Assembly: GCA_022821365.1 (NCBI GenBank)
Contig: JAJEDS010000214.1
Location: 1 to 40,314, forward strand
From: Dehalococcoidia bacterium
Lineage (GTDB): Bacteria; Chloroflexota; Dehalococcoidia; Lucifugimonadales; UBA3495
Reading direction: 5' to 3'
Length of the DNA stretch: 40,314 bases
Each line of letters begins with the position of its first letter. Within the stretch, counting starts at the first letter, position 1. Of the stretch, positions 1 to 9,510 are shown one piece after another. The notes beneath the pieces are model-generated. The model ran no database searches and had not been told where the DNA came from. It saw nothing but the letters and a program-made list of their open reading frames with translations. The position numbers and the translations under genes were made by a program.

Positions 1-15
1 CAGCCCATCATTTAA

Positions 16-86
16 CACAGAAGCGCAGAGAACGTGGAGTTGCACGGAAAAACTCTGTGCTCCTCCACGTTCTCTGCGCCTCTGTG
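16..86. repeat. REP-like imperfect palindrome
   Basis: CACAGAAGCGCAGAGAACGTGGAG (16-39) is inverted at 63-86 (CTCCACGTTCTCTGCGCCTCTGTG) with one mismatch; a related arm occurs at about 9210-9236. Confidence 0.75.
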
Positions 87-204
87 GTGAAAGGTAATCC
101 CCAAATGCGATCGCCCTGGGGGTTGGCAAAGGTGACCGCCAGACTTTGCGGCTCTATGCCTCTTCGTGAAGTGGGCGGCAGTCCGGTCCCTGGCCGAGTT
201 CAGC

Positions 205-234
205 TTGACGCCTATCCAAGCCCAATGCTAAAAT
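205..234 (+). promoter_or_regulatory. Probable sigma-70 promoter of citrate synthase
   Basis: TTGACG (205-210), 18-nt spacer, extended -10 TGC-TAAAAT (229-234). Confidence 0.55.
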
Positions 235-334
235 CCCGCTACGAATTCGCCCACTTTCACATACGATTTAGCTGTCTGGGATGTTCTTATTTCACCGATT
301 TCTGGTGAGGGAACCCCCGGAAGGAGGATGGTTA

Positions 335-1468
335 ATGGCCCCGGAGATAATGAAGGGACTTAAGGATGTTTACCTGGACACCACCAAATCCAGCTTCATT
401 GACGGTTCGGTGGGAAAGCTCCTTTACCGGGGCTACAGCATACACGACCTGGCGGAACATTCCACTTTCGAAGAAGTGGTATACCTGTTGCTCTATGGCA
501 AACTGCCCACCCAGCAGGAACTGTCAGATTTCGACAACACCCTCCGCGCCAACCGCCGCATTCCCGACGAAGTTATCCAGGTCCTGGACCTGGTCAAGAA
601 CAGCCACCCCATGGACGCCCTGCGCACCGGCCTTTCCGCCCTCTCCGCCTTTGACCCTGAGGTTAACGACAACTCGCCTGAGGCCACCATCCGCAAAGGC
701 ATCCGCCTCACTGCCATGGGGCCGACCATCGTGGCCGCCCACCACCGCCTGCGCCAGGGACTGGAACCCGTGGCCCCTAACCCCGACCTGAACCATGCGG
801 GTAATTTCCTCTACATGCTGTTTGACGAAATCCCCGACGAGGAAACCACGCGCCTGCTGGACGTGGACTTTATTCTCCACGCCGAGCACGGCGCCAACGC
901 CTCATCCTTTGCCGCCCGGGTAACGGCTTCCACTATCTCCGACCTGCACTCCGCCGTAGTAACCGGCGTGGGCACCCTCAAGGGGCCGGCCCACGGCGGC
1001 GCTGCCGAGGAAGTGATGAAGATGTCGCTGGAAATCGGCCAGCCCGAAAATGCCGAGGAATATTGCCGGGCCAGGCTGGACAGCGGCGGCCGTATTATGG
1101 GATTCGGTCACCGCGTCTACCGCGCCGAAGACCCGCGGGCCCGCCACCTTCGTGAGCGCGCCCGGGCCCTCAGCGAAAAGGTCGGCCAGCCTCACTGGTT
1201 CCAGATCCTCACCTACGTGGAAGAAGAGGCCATGGTCCCCTATCGCTCCCGGGGTATCCACGTCAATGTGGACTTCTTCGCGGGCTGCATCTATTACCTT
1301 CTGGGCATTACCGACGACCTGTTCATCTCCATATTTGCCTTGGGGCGCATACCTGGCTGGACGCTCCAGTGCGTCGAGCAGTTCGAAGACAACATCCTCA
1401 TCCGCCCCCTGCTGGAGTACACGGGCGAAATGGACCTGGAGTACGTGCCCATCGGCCAGCGCGGTTAA
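335..1468 (+). CDS. gltA: Citrate synthase / 2-methylcitrate synthase family
   Basis: Motifs LLYRGY, HAEHGANAS, GPAHGGA, MGFGHRVY, NVDFF; ATG at 335 after AAGGAGG RBS (321-327). Citrate versus methylcitrate specificity cannot be decided by eye. Confidence 0.9.
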   Translation: MAPEIMKGLKDVYLDTTKSSFIDGSVGKLLYRGYSIHDLAEHSTFEEVVYLLLYGKLPTQQELSDFDNTLRANRRIPDEVIQVLDLVKNSHPMDALRTGLSALSAFDPEVNDNSPEATIRKGIRLTAMGPTIVAAHHRLRQGLEPVAPNPDLNHAGNFLYMLFDEIPDEETTRLLDVDFILHAEHGANASSFAARVTASTISDLHSAVVTGVGTLKGPAHGGAAEEVMKMSLEIGQPENAEEYCRARLDSGGRIMGFGHRVYRAEDPRARHLRERARALSEKVGQPHWFQILTYVEEEAMVPYRSRGIHVNVDFFAGCIYYLLGITDDLFISIFALGRIPGWTLQCVEQFEDNILIRPLLEYTGEMDLEYVPIGQRG

Positions 1469-1486
1469 GTTCCCCTTCTCGCGAGG

Positions 1487-1520
1487 AAAGAAAAACGGGG
1501 CAGGCGAATGGCCTGCCCCG
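1487..1520. terminator. Rho-independent terminator between convergent genes
   Basis: 10-bp stem CGGGGCAGGC/GCCTGCCCCG (1496-1520); the upstream A-run gives a U-tract on the minus strand. Confidence 0.65.
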
Positions 1521-1599
1521 AACTGTTTATAGTTTTTGTCGGCGCAAATTAAACAATATCTGCCCATGGGCAATGTACGTCCCATGCACGGAGCTTTCC

Positions 1600-1635
1600 C
1601 GCGGTAGGGGCGCTTCGCGAATCGCCCCTACCGCG
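1600..1635. repeat. GTAG-type REP palindrome
   Basis: CGCGGTAGGGGCG...CGCCCCTACCGCG 13-bp perfect stem; a degenerate relative lies at about 13421-13449. Confidence 0.7.
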
Positions 1636-1661
1636 ACAGGAAAATGTTCCCGGGCCGTTCC

Positions 1662-2174
1662 CTATCCGCGCTCTTCCAACTGCTCCATCCTGTCCTGGTG
1701 AACCCCGGCCCAGTAATCCGCCCACGTTTCCCGTGTCTCACGTTCCGTCACTCCCGGCAAATAGGCGGGCGAGACCAGCGGCAGGGCCCTTTCCACTCTT
1801 ATCAGAACGTAGGCCCTGGCTGGCAGACGCACCTGGTGCACTCCCCGTATCCCGTTCTCGTAGGCCTGGAAGATCTCCTCGTGCAGTCCCGGTTCATTCT
1901 CCCTGTCCACGATATGGGCCATTCCTTTGAAGCGATACCCCTTGCGGGAATAAAGGTCCACCAGGTTGATCTCTACCGAGGGGTTGTGGCGCAGGTTTTC
2001 CATGGTTACGGGAGATGCCAGGTCGGCGAACAGAAGGTGGTCGTCGTCCCACACCGCAGCCGTCCCCTTGGGAGAAAGGTTTGGCGTACCGTCCGGACAC
2101 ACGGTAGCCACAAACCCGATTCGCTGCTGCCGGACTACCCGCTTCATATCATCAGTAAGAATGCCCATTTCCAT
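1662..2174 (-). CDS. Pyridoxamine 5'-phosphate oxidase-like FMN/F420-binding protein
   Basis: GFVATVCPDGTPNLSPKG...LFADL.S..T.ENLRHNPSVEI...RKGYRFKG is the split-barrel PNPOx-like pattern. Start placed at ATG 2174 (GAGGG upstream) or 2168, not the ORF-track start. Confidence 0.8.
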   Translation of the reverse strand: MEMGILTDDMKRVVRQQRIGFVATVCPDGTPNLSPKGTAAVWDDDHLLFADLASPVTMENLRHNPSVEINLVDLYSRKGYRFKGMAHIVDRENEPGLHEEIFQAYENGIRGVHQVRLPARAYVLIRVERALPLVSPAYLPGVTERETRETWADYWAGVHQDRMEQLEERG

Positions 2175-2246
2175 GACCCTCATCGAGAATGTGTTGGAGA
2201 CCACCCTAGTCTGCTCGCCACTGCTGTTCGCACGAATTTGACCTAA

Positions 2247-2366
2247 GGAAGGTCTGAATAAGTCCATAACGCGAACCACAAACCCGTCGTTCCCGCGCCG
2301 GCGGGAACCTCGCCAGCTACAAACCGAGGTTCCCGTCTTCACGGAAAGACATTATTCAGAACTTCC
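2247..2366. mobile_element. Miniature IS5-like element (MITE) enclosing a REP double hairpin
   Basis: TIRs GGAAGGTCTGAATAA (2247-2261) and TTATTCAGAACTTCC (2352-2366) match 14/15; flanks are CTAA and CTGA; internal GTTCCCGCG..GCGGGAACCTCG...CGAGGTTCCCG hairpins (2285-2350). Confidence 0.65.
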
Positions 2367-5300
2367 CTGATTGGCACGTGCTGAACCCGGCAATGCCAGT
2401 TCCTCCACCGCCCGTCTCTCCGCGTCCCGGATAGCCTCCTCCAGGTCTGGAAGTGGCACATCCTTCTCAGCCTCCAGGTAAAGAAACCGCACTTCCTTGA
2501 CCCTCTTGCCGGTAGCTTTGGAGACGGCGTAGGCGTAAGCGCCGCCCTGGAGCCGGTACTTCTGAACGGCGTCTTCCGGTCGGTCATCTGGTATAGAATC
2601 CGTCTTGTAGTCCACCACCACCAGCCCGTCGGGTTCCTCAAATAGCAGGTCGATGAAGCCGTGGAGAAAGCCGCCCTCCACCGGCGCCGCCACCGGCACC
2701 TCCCGCCACAGGCGCTCCGACGCCACCGCCCGGCGCACCAGTTCATGCTCGACTGCAATCCGGGCCAGCCTGATGACGTCGTTCTCCCGATTGGGGATAC
2801 CCTCCGCGGTTGCCTGGGCCCTGGCCCGTTCCTCCAGCCCTGCGCCGCTTGCCAGGTCTATGGACTGGAGCACCGCGTGCACCGCCCTTCCCACCTGGGT
2901 ACCGGCACGGCCGCGCCGCCAGGGTTCATTCTCCTGGCCCCATTCCTGCTCGTCCTTGCGTTCCTGCTCATGCCGTTCACTCTGCCCCAGGGCAGTGGCG
3001 GAAGTGAACTGGGGCCGACCCCGGTTGGCTATCAATTCCTCCCGCCCGGCCACCCATTCGTCCCGCGCCTCTATGCTATGTTCCTGTCCAGCAGCCGATG
3101 GACCCGCCATATTCCCCCCATCGCCGGAGTCGGCCGCAATTGCCAGGCTCCCGCCCTTGAGAACAACCGTTTCCCATAACTCCGGCCGGTCCGCCATATA
3201 CCTGGATACGACGTGGGCGGCCGTGTTGCCCCCTCTTGCCGGACGGCGCAGGCTCAACACCAGGTGGTCGCGGGCTCGGGTGGCGGCAACATAGACCAGG
3301 CGCACCTGCTCCGCTTCGGACATGCGCCTTTCGCTGGCCACCAACTCTTCAAATCCCTCAGTAGCAATGCGGTCCCTTTGTGGCCCAAAACCAACCTCTA
3401 CCACTCCTCTCCGGCGGTCATAAAGTGAAGCCGGTGGCCTGAAGTCGTCGCTTGAATTCAAGGTGGTCAGGATAACCACTGGAAATTCCAGCCCCTTTGC
3501 CGAGTGTATGGTCATCACCCGGACCGTCTCTTCGTCGGACTCCGGTACCGGCGTTTCCGTAACCCGCACCCGATTGTTGATCTGGTCTTCTATCCAGTCC
3601 AAAAAGGAACGCAGGGATTTCCCGCCGGCGTCGGCATACTGGGCGGCCCGCTCCACCATGAACCGGTATCGACGCCATTGTTCCCTCATCCGCGGGTGTG
3701 AGGTGGCGCCCTCCATAAGCATGCGGCCCCGGACGAACCGCTCTATAAGCGTTGACGGCGGCTCCCACATTCGCCGCAAGTGAAACTGCTTCAGCGCCTC
3801 CAGCCCTTCGGAGACCACCGGTTCGCCCTTGCCGGAACTGTCGGAAAGATAATCAAAGCTCCCTCCGGCCTCATAATGCCGCAGCAGGTCAACGTCGCTG
3901 CACCCAAAGGCGGGAGACCGCAGCGCCGCCACGGTCGCCACCCGGTCTGCCGGATTGTCAATGGCCCTGAGGCAGTTAAGCAGGTCGCGAACTTCCTGGC
4001 TCTCGAAAACGAGTGAAGCGCTCTCCAGGCGGTAGGGAATATTGGCTTCCTCCATCGCACGCTCCAGGTCAGGCAGGGGAGTCCGGTTGCGAATGAGGAT
4101 GCAGATATCGGAAAATCCAACCGGGGCGTACACTTCCCTACCACCGGCGGCGCCGGTAGCGGCCTGGTCCAGCTTCAACCATCCGTCATCCACGATCTGG
4201 CGCAGCAGGGCCGCAATTTCGGCCGATTCCTGCTGGCGGATTGGACCGATACAGTCGGAGTGTTCCTCGTCGCCCAGGGCCCATACCCTGGGACCGACAG
4301 CGCTCTCCGTATCCGCTGACCAGCGATGTTCCATATTCACGTAGTCCGCCTGCGCCCGGTCCGGCAGTTCTTCACCTTCGCTCTTCCCCATCCACTCGGC
4401 AAACAGGTGGTTGACCCAGGCTACCACCGGCTCTTGCGACCGGAAGTTCGGCACCAGGTTGACCGTGCGCCCGCCGCCGGCTTGCATGCGGTCCCGCAGG
4501 TGCAGCATCTGCTCCACGTCGGCTCGCCGGAAGCGGTAGATGGACTGCTTGGGGTCTCCAACAACGAACAGCTTTCCCCTCTCCGGCGCCATGGAATCCC
4601 AGGTGGTCGGCCGTTCACTGTCACCCACTGCTTCAGTTACCGACTCCGCCAGGAACATGGCGATTTCCGCCTGTAACGGGTCCGTATCCTGGGATTCGTC
4701 GATCATCAGGTGGGAAAAGCGCCGGCGGAAATGGTCTCTAACGGTTATGTCATCTCGCAGCAGGTCCCTGGCCCACACCAGCAAATCCTGGAACTCGGCG
4801 CGGCCTTCCCGCCGTCGCCGCTCCGCGTAGTCCAGCACAAATTCAGTCAGGCTCCTCACCAGTTCCGACAGGGCGTGGCGCCTGCCATTCGCCAGTTCTG
4901 GCGTTACCTCCGCTTGAATCTCGCGAAGCAGGTCCTTGATGGCGGTGCAGGCATTCTTGCCGGTAATTGAATCCGTGTCCCAGTTCTTCTGGTTGCCGCT
5001 CGTCGTGCTCAGGGGCAGGAGACGGACCAGCTGCCGGTAGTAGTTGAAACTGCCTGGCGTCGCTGCCTCAAGGGCTTGAACTGCTGCGCCACGCCAGACT
5101 ATGTGGTCATACAATGGATCACCGGCGCCGTCCCTGGAGAATTTCAGCAGCCTTTCCGCCTCGGGCCAGCGCTGCAGGACGACCGTTCCTGTCGCGCTAT
5201 TCAGCGTCACATCGGCGACAGGGCCAGGCCTGGAAAGGTCAGCGTAGTTGTCGTGGAATTCTCCTGCCAGTTTCTTGAGCATATCCAGGGATATGCCTTG

Positions 5301-5837
5301 AGTAAGCAACAGGGAAATTGCCCCGCCGATGGGAGCGTCCTCGCCGAGGTTGCGGTCTATCCACTCCTCCCAAGCCTCGTCGAACGCCAACCCCGCGGCA
5401 ATTTCGTCGGAAGTCTCAAACCCCGGGGGCAGTCCTGCTTCCAGGGGCCTCTCGTGGAGCAATTGGCCGGCGAAGGAATGGAGGGTGCGAATGTTGGCCT
5501 GGTCCAGGTCTGAAACTCCCCGGCTGCACAACTCCCGCTCCGCATCCGGCAGGGCGGCATCGGCAGCGGCCTTTTCCAGTTCCTGCCTCACCCGGTCCCG
5601 CAGTTCGGCGGCGGCCAGGTCGGTGAAGGTGATGGCGGCGATGCGGTCCATAGTCGTCCTGCCGCTCACCACCAGGTTGACGATGCGCTGCACCATGCTG
5701 GTGGTCTTGCCCGTGCCGGCGCTTGCCTCCACGAATATGGTGTCATCCAGTTCCTGCGTGATTACCCGGCGCTCTTCAATATCGGCCGGTTCGAAGGGAG
5801 GCTTAACGGGAACTGGTTCCTGGGACTGGCTGGTCAC
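2352..5837 (-). CDS. addA: AddA-like UvrD/SF1 helicase with C-terminal PD-(D/E)XK nuclease
   Basis: Walker A ASAGTGKT, DESQDTDPLQ, VGDPKQSIYRFRRAD, TIHSAKGLEF, YVAATRARD; nuclease GFIDLL...VVDYKT; 1161 aa; GTG start abuts the stop of the partner gene. Confidence 0.88.
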   Translation of the reverse strand: MTSQSQEPVPVKPPFEPADIEERRVITQELDDTIFVEASAGTGKTTSMVQRIVNLVVSGRTTMDRIAAITFTDLAAAELRDRVRQELEKAAADAALPDAERELCSRGVSDLDQANIRTLHSFAGQLLHERPLEAGLPPGFETSDEIAAGLAFDEAWEEWIDRNLGEDAPIGGAISLLLTQGISLDMLKKLAGEFHDNYADLSRPGPVADVTLNSATGTVVLQRWPEAERLLKFSRDGAGDPLYDHIVWRGAAVQALEAATPGSFNYYRQLVRLLPLSTTSGNQKNWDTDSITGKNACTAIKDLLREIQAEVTPELANGRRHALSELVRSLTEFVLDYAERRRREGRAEFQDLLVWARDLLRDDITVRDHFRRRFSHLMIDESQDTDPLQAEIAMFLAESVTEAVGDSERPTTWDSMAPERGKLFVVGDPKQSIYRFRRADVEQMLHLRDRMQAGGGRTVNLVPNFRSQEPVVAWVNHLFAEWMGKSEGEELPDRAQADYVNMEHRWSADTESAVGPRVWALGDEEHSDCIGPIRQQESAEIAALLRQIVDDGWLKLDQAATGAAGGREVYAPVGFSDICILIRNRTPLPDLERAMEEANIPYRLESASLVFESQEVRDLLNCLRAIDNPADRVATVAALRSPAFGCSDVDLLRHYEAGGSFDYLSDSSGKGEPVVSEGLEALKQFHLRRMWEPPSTLIERFVRGRMLMEGATSHPRMREQWRRYRFMVERAAQYADAGGKSLRSFLDWIEDQINNRVRVTETPVPESDEETVRVMTIHSAKGLEFPVVILTTLNSSDDFRPPASLYDRRRGVVEVGFGPQRDRIATEGFEELVASERRMSEAEQVRLVYVAATRARDHLVLSLRRPARGGNTAAHVVSRYMADRPELWETVVLKGGSLAIAADSGDGGNMAGPSAAGQEHSIEARDEWVAGREELIANRGRPQFTSATALGQSERHEQERKDEQEWGQENEPWRRGRAGTQVGRAVHAVLQSIDLASGAGLEERARAQATAEGIPNRENDVIRLARIAVEHELVRRAVASERLWREVPVAAPVEGGFLHGFIDLLFEEPDGLVVVDYKTDSIPDDRPEDAVQKYRLQGGAYAYAVSKATGKRVKEVRFLYLEAEKDVPLPDLEEAIRDAERRAVEELALPGSARANQGSSE

Positions 5838-8800
5838 TTATCCTTCCTCCGACCCTGGTTCTTCCGGACTGCCCTCGGCCAGTTGCCGGTATATTGCCGC
5901 AGCATCGTCGCCTTTCTTGGTGTCCCATACATAGCCCCGCCTGGAAGGACATAGGGAATCAAAGTCGCAGTATTGGCAATTGATAAATCCGTCTTGCCCC
6001 ATTTCCCCGGGGTTGGCGGGAAAGACGCCCTGGCTGATGCCGGAAACCACCGTTGTTACCCCGACCCGAAAACGCCGGGCCGTATCAGGATCGTTGATGT
6101 TGAAGTGGGCCCGAGGAGCAAACCCGAACCGCCCTCGCGCGGAAGCCAGCCAGTAGGCAGCGCTAACCTCGGCAGCTTCCGGCGCCATGTGCTGGGCCGC
6201 CAGCGAGTATATCCCCAGTTGAAGGCGTTTCCCGTGGTCGATAGGGTCTTTCTCCAGGTCAGCATAGGGCCTGGGCGAACCGGTCTTGTAGTCCATCACC
6301 AGCACCGACTTGCCGTCGGCGCTTATGTCCACCCGGTCTATCAGGCCCCGGAACCTCAGGCCTGTTGCCTCGTCCAGTACTTCGGGGGAGTCGCCGCCCA
6401 AACCAAAGGGCGCCTCAACCCGTATTTCGCCAGTCTTCATAAGCTCCCGCACCCTGGCTTCTGCCACCAGGAACGTAGCCAGATCGTCGCGAATGTTCTG
6501 TTTCTCCAGCTCCCACAACAGGGACTTGCCGGTAACGCCCCTGGCCTCGGCGGCCTCAAACTCGGCCTCGGTAATTTGCAGCAGTCGCCGGTTATCCGCC
6601 TCGGTCCAGGGCTGGCCCGGGGGAGGCAGTGAGCCGTTGTCCATGCTCTGCACAATGAAGTCTTCCAGGATTTTGTGGACCAGCTTGCCCCGTTCCAGCG
6701 GGGTGATGCAGGTGGTGTCCTCCGGCGATTTCAGCGCCCCCAGCCACAATACGTTCCCCAGGAAGTAGCGGAAGGGACAGGTGGACCAGGCCTCCAGGCG
6801 TGTAGGCGAAATGGGCTGCCCCTCCATCAATTGGCCGAAGCGGGAAGCTGCCGCCGCCTCTACCAGGTTGCCGTCGTACTGGGTAAAACGCCGGGAACGG
6901 CGTCCCCGACCCATATTCGCTGACCGGGCCAGGCTACCATCGGCGCCCAGCGGGTGAACAGATATGGAGTTCCCGTCATTTTTCCAGCGCACCAACCGGT
7001 CCAACCGGTAGTCCAGCAGGTCGGCCAGGCCACTATCCACCAGACCGTCCAGCGCGTCTTCCGCCGACTTGGTTACCGTCAGCCAGGGTTGCTCAGTCAG
7101 GGAAGGCAAATCCCCGCTGTGCACTTGCCTCTCAGCCAGCATGGATGCTTGCTCCAGGAACCAGCGGGAAGGATGGGCGGCACGGCGAGAGGCCGATTCG
7201 GATAGCGGATAGGAGAGAGTACGACGGGGCGCGGTAGCCAGCGCGGAAAGGTAGTTGTAACGCTCTCCGGCCAAACGCCGTTGGGCCGGGGAGAGTTTGC
7301 CCTGTCCGGTCAGGTCACCTTGTGGCAGCAGAGGATCCGGGCGCAGGGCCGGTGGCGCCGCGCCCTCAATCATTCCCACAAGCCAGATTTTGTCAAAGCT
7401 CATTCCGGCGGCGCTGGCAAAAGAGGATACGAACACTCCGCGACCTGTGGGCCCCAGGTGCCCCTGGGGGGCCTGAAGCGCGTCCCTGACCACTTGCCTG
7501 AATTCTTCCACCGTTGCCGGACCGCCCAGGGCATCCGCCGATTTTACTTCCTCCAAAAGCTGCAGTACCCTTTCGACCTCCCGGTCGAAATTATCCAATT
7601 CATCGCCACCAATATCAGCTCTTGGTCGGGCCAGGTAGTCCTTGAGCAGGTCGGACTGCCAGTCGCAGAATGCGCGCCACGCGCTTCCGTCGTCCGGCGG
7701 CGTAAGGGCATCGGCCAGATTCAGTACGAAATCGTGAAGTTCCCGCGCCGCAGTCGCATTGTCCCGCATCGCCGCCGCCCGCGCTTCTGAAATGCTTCCT
7801 TCCCGTTCACCCTGTTCGGCCTGTTCCCGATTGGATTGGGCGTAGCCATTCAACCTGTCCCGCCATTGGTCCAGTCCTCCCACGATTCCTGCCTGCCTGC
7901 TCAGTGCGTCCCATAGACTGGGGCTGAAGCTGTCTCGCGACACCCCGGCCGGCTTGACGGGACACCCGGTCAGCCATTCCATCACTTCGTCCCGCCGAAA
8001 ATCGTTGACTGGCAGGTCCATTAGACCCAGCAGCGTGCGACCGGCCGCTGTGTCAGCCAGCAGGTCTCTCCCCGGGCCCGCCATCGGTATACCCGACATG
8101 GCAAGTTCGTCGCGAATCAACGTGCCGTAGGGGTTCTCCATTCGGTATAAAACGGCCATGCGATGGAAGGGTGTTCCGGGTGTTCCACGGCCGCCGGCCT
8201 CCCCCACAATTTGCCGGATTACCCAACGCAGTTCCTCGTGGCTGTTTGGGGCCACGTGCAGGTGCATGGCTTCCTGCGGCGCCGGGCCTGGAATTACCGG
8301 GTCTGCAACGGGCACAGCCATTCCCAGGGCCGGCTCAAGTTGCGCCTGCAAGTCCCTGATTAGCCTGTCTCCCTGGTCGTCGCCCGTCATCCCCAGGACG
8401 ACGGTGCACTTGCCCTCCCCGGCAAGCGCCCGTGCCAGCGCGGTCTCGCCGGGACTGAGGGGACGGGGCAGGAACAAAATGATGTGGCCCAGGTCGTCAA
8501 GGGCCGCGGCCTGTCTGCTCTCTACCGCCGACGCAGCCTCGCTCGCCAGGTCCTCCGGGTCGAACCATTTAGCGGTAATTTCTGCTCGATGCCGGTGGTA
8601 CAGGGAGACCACTTCAGAGGTCACCCCACCCAGGGCCTCCAGGTCTTCCAGTTCTCCCACTTCCAGTCGACGTAATTCCCGGAATGCCGTTCGGACGCTG
8701 CTCTGGGTCCGGGAGTGCAGTCTCACCGGGCGCAACAGCCCAGTGGATTCTGAAAGGACCTGGCGCAGGGAAATACTCTGCAGCGTAGGAGTAAGGGGTT

Positions 8801-9077
8801 TCTTTCCTCTGGCCGCCAGGGACGCCCCACCCAGCAACTCGGCCAGCACCGGCATCTGAATGAAGCGGACGTTGATGAATCCCTTGTCGCCCAGTTCCTG
8901 CCTCAGCGCCAGGCTGGCATAGCGGGATGGGGAGACCACGGTGACTGGGGTCATCAGGTCGTCCCGCTTAATCTCATTGACCAATTCCCACAGCGTCGCC
9001 CTGGCGCCATCCGCCGGCCTGCCGGTGAAGAGGTGGCCGGCAAGGGGAGAAATTTCGGAGTTGTTCGGCCTTGTCAT
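5838..9077 (-). CDS. addB: AddB-like inactive helicase scaffold with Fe-S PD-(D/E)XK nuclease
   Basis: ISPTRLEAWSTCPFRYF, GLIDRVD, VMDYKTG, LQLGIY and C-terminal CQYCDFDSLC (four-Cys iron staple); translationally coupled to addA. Confidence 0.83.
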   Translation of the reverse strand: MTRPNNSEISPLAGHLFTGRPADGARATLWELVNEIKRDDLMTPVTVVSPSRYASLALRQELGDKGFINVRFIQMPVLAELLGGASLAARGKKPLTPTLQSISLRQVLSESTGLLRPVRLHSRTQSSVRTAFRELRRLEVGELEDLEALGGVTSEVVSLYHRHRAEITAKWFDPEDLASEAASAVESRQAAALDDLGHIILFLPRPLSPGETALARALAGEGKCTVVLGMTGDDQGDRLIRDLQAQLEPALGMAVPVADPVIPGPAPQEAMHLHVAPNSHEELRWVIRQIVGEAGGRGTPGTPFHRMAVLYRMENPYGTLIRDELAMSGIPMAGPGRDLLADTAAGRTLLGLMDLPVNDFRRDEVMEWLTGCPVKPAGVSRDSFSPSLWDALSRQAGIVGGLDQWRDRLNGYAQSNREQAEQGEREGSISEARAAAMRDNATAARELHDFVLNLADALTPPDDGSAWRAFCDWQSDLLKDYLARPRADIGGDELDNFDREVERVLQLLEEVKSADALGGPATVEEFRQVVRDALQAPQGHLGPTGRGVFVSSFASAAGMSFDKIWLVGMIEGAAPPALRPDPLLPQGDLTGQGKLSPAQRRLAGERYNYLSALATAPRRTLSYPLSESASRRAAHPSRWFLEQASMLAERQVHSGDLPSLTEQPWLTVTKSAEDALDGLVDSGLADLLDYRLDRLVRWKNDGNSISVHPLGADGSLARSANMGRGRRSRRFTQYDGNLVEAAAASRFGQLMEGQPISPTRLEAWSTCPFRYFLGNVLWLGALKSPEDTTCITPLERGKLVHKILEDFIVQSMDNGSLPPPGQPWTEADNRRLLQITEAEFEAAEARGVTGKSLLWELEKQNIRDDLATFLVAEARVRELMKTGEIRVEAPFGLGGDSPEVLDEATGLRFRGLIDRVDISADGKSVLVMDYKTGSPRPYADLEKDPIDHGKRLQLGIYSLAAQHMAPEAAEVSAAYWLASARGRFGFAPRAHFNINDPDTARRFRVGVTTVVSGISQGVFPANPGEMGQDGFINCQYCDFDSLCPSRRGYVWDTKKGDDAAAIYRQLAEGSPEEPGSEEG

Positions 9078-9130
9078 TCGGGTATATTACCGCCTCCGGT
9101 CTGCCGCCGCCACACCCGCAGATGCTATGA

Positions 9131-9265
9131 CAGGGCAATCGCGTTCTGAGGGTTATTTTGTACCCGGAGGCCGAAAGTGTCCCGAGCCTCAAGTAGCATC
9201 TATGTGAAACTCCGTGTTCTCTGCGCCCCTGCGGTTAAGGGATTCCTCAAAACGCGATTGCCCTG
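9131..9265. mobile_element. Miniature ISAs1-like element (MITE), 135 bp
   Basis: 21-bp TIR CAGGGCAATCGCGTTCTGAGG (9131-9151) versus the reverse complement of 9245-9265, one mismatch; contains a REP arm; no target-site duplication seen. Confidence 0.65.
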
Positions 9266-9282
9266 ACCTGCGCGCGTTGCGT

Positions 9283-9311
9283 TTGACTGCATTGGCCTTG
9301 CGTGTTAAAGT
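9283..9311 (+). promoter_or_regulatory. Probable sigma-70 promoter of the thi operon
   Basis: TTGACT (9283-9288), 17 nt, extended -10 TGT-TAAAGT (9306-9311), just upstream of the riboswitch. Confidence 0.55.
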
Positions 9312-9334
9312 TTGCTTCCAAACCAAATATAGAC

Positions 9335-9436
9335 TGTTCTGGCGGGAGCTTGGGCAAGCCAGGCTGAGAGGGTAGCCGAGAGTCGCTACCGACCGTCTGT
9401 ACCTGATACGGGTAATGCCGTCGCAGGGACAAGACG
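9335..9436 (+). ncRNA. TPP riboswitch (THI element)
   Basis: GGGAGC...GGCTGAGAGG...GACCG..GTACCTGATACGGGTAATGCCGTCGCAGGGA matches the TPP aptamer core (CUGAGA, CCUGAU, UAAUGC, CGxAGGGA); directly upstream of thiG. Confidence 0.93.
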
Positions 9437-9449
9437 CTGGACATTGAGC

Positions 9450-9478
9450 AACCGCCGGTTAGTTTAACGGCGGTTTTG
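9450..9478 (+). terminator. Riboswitch expression-platform terminator
   Basis: AACCGCCG/CGGCGGTT stem running into TTTTG, between the aptamer and the thiG RBS. Confidence 0.7.
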
Positions 9479-9510
9479 TCGTATTCAGCAAACCGGAAGG
9501 AGTAGCAGCG

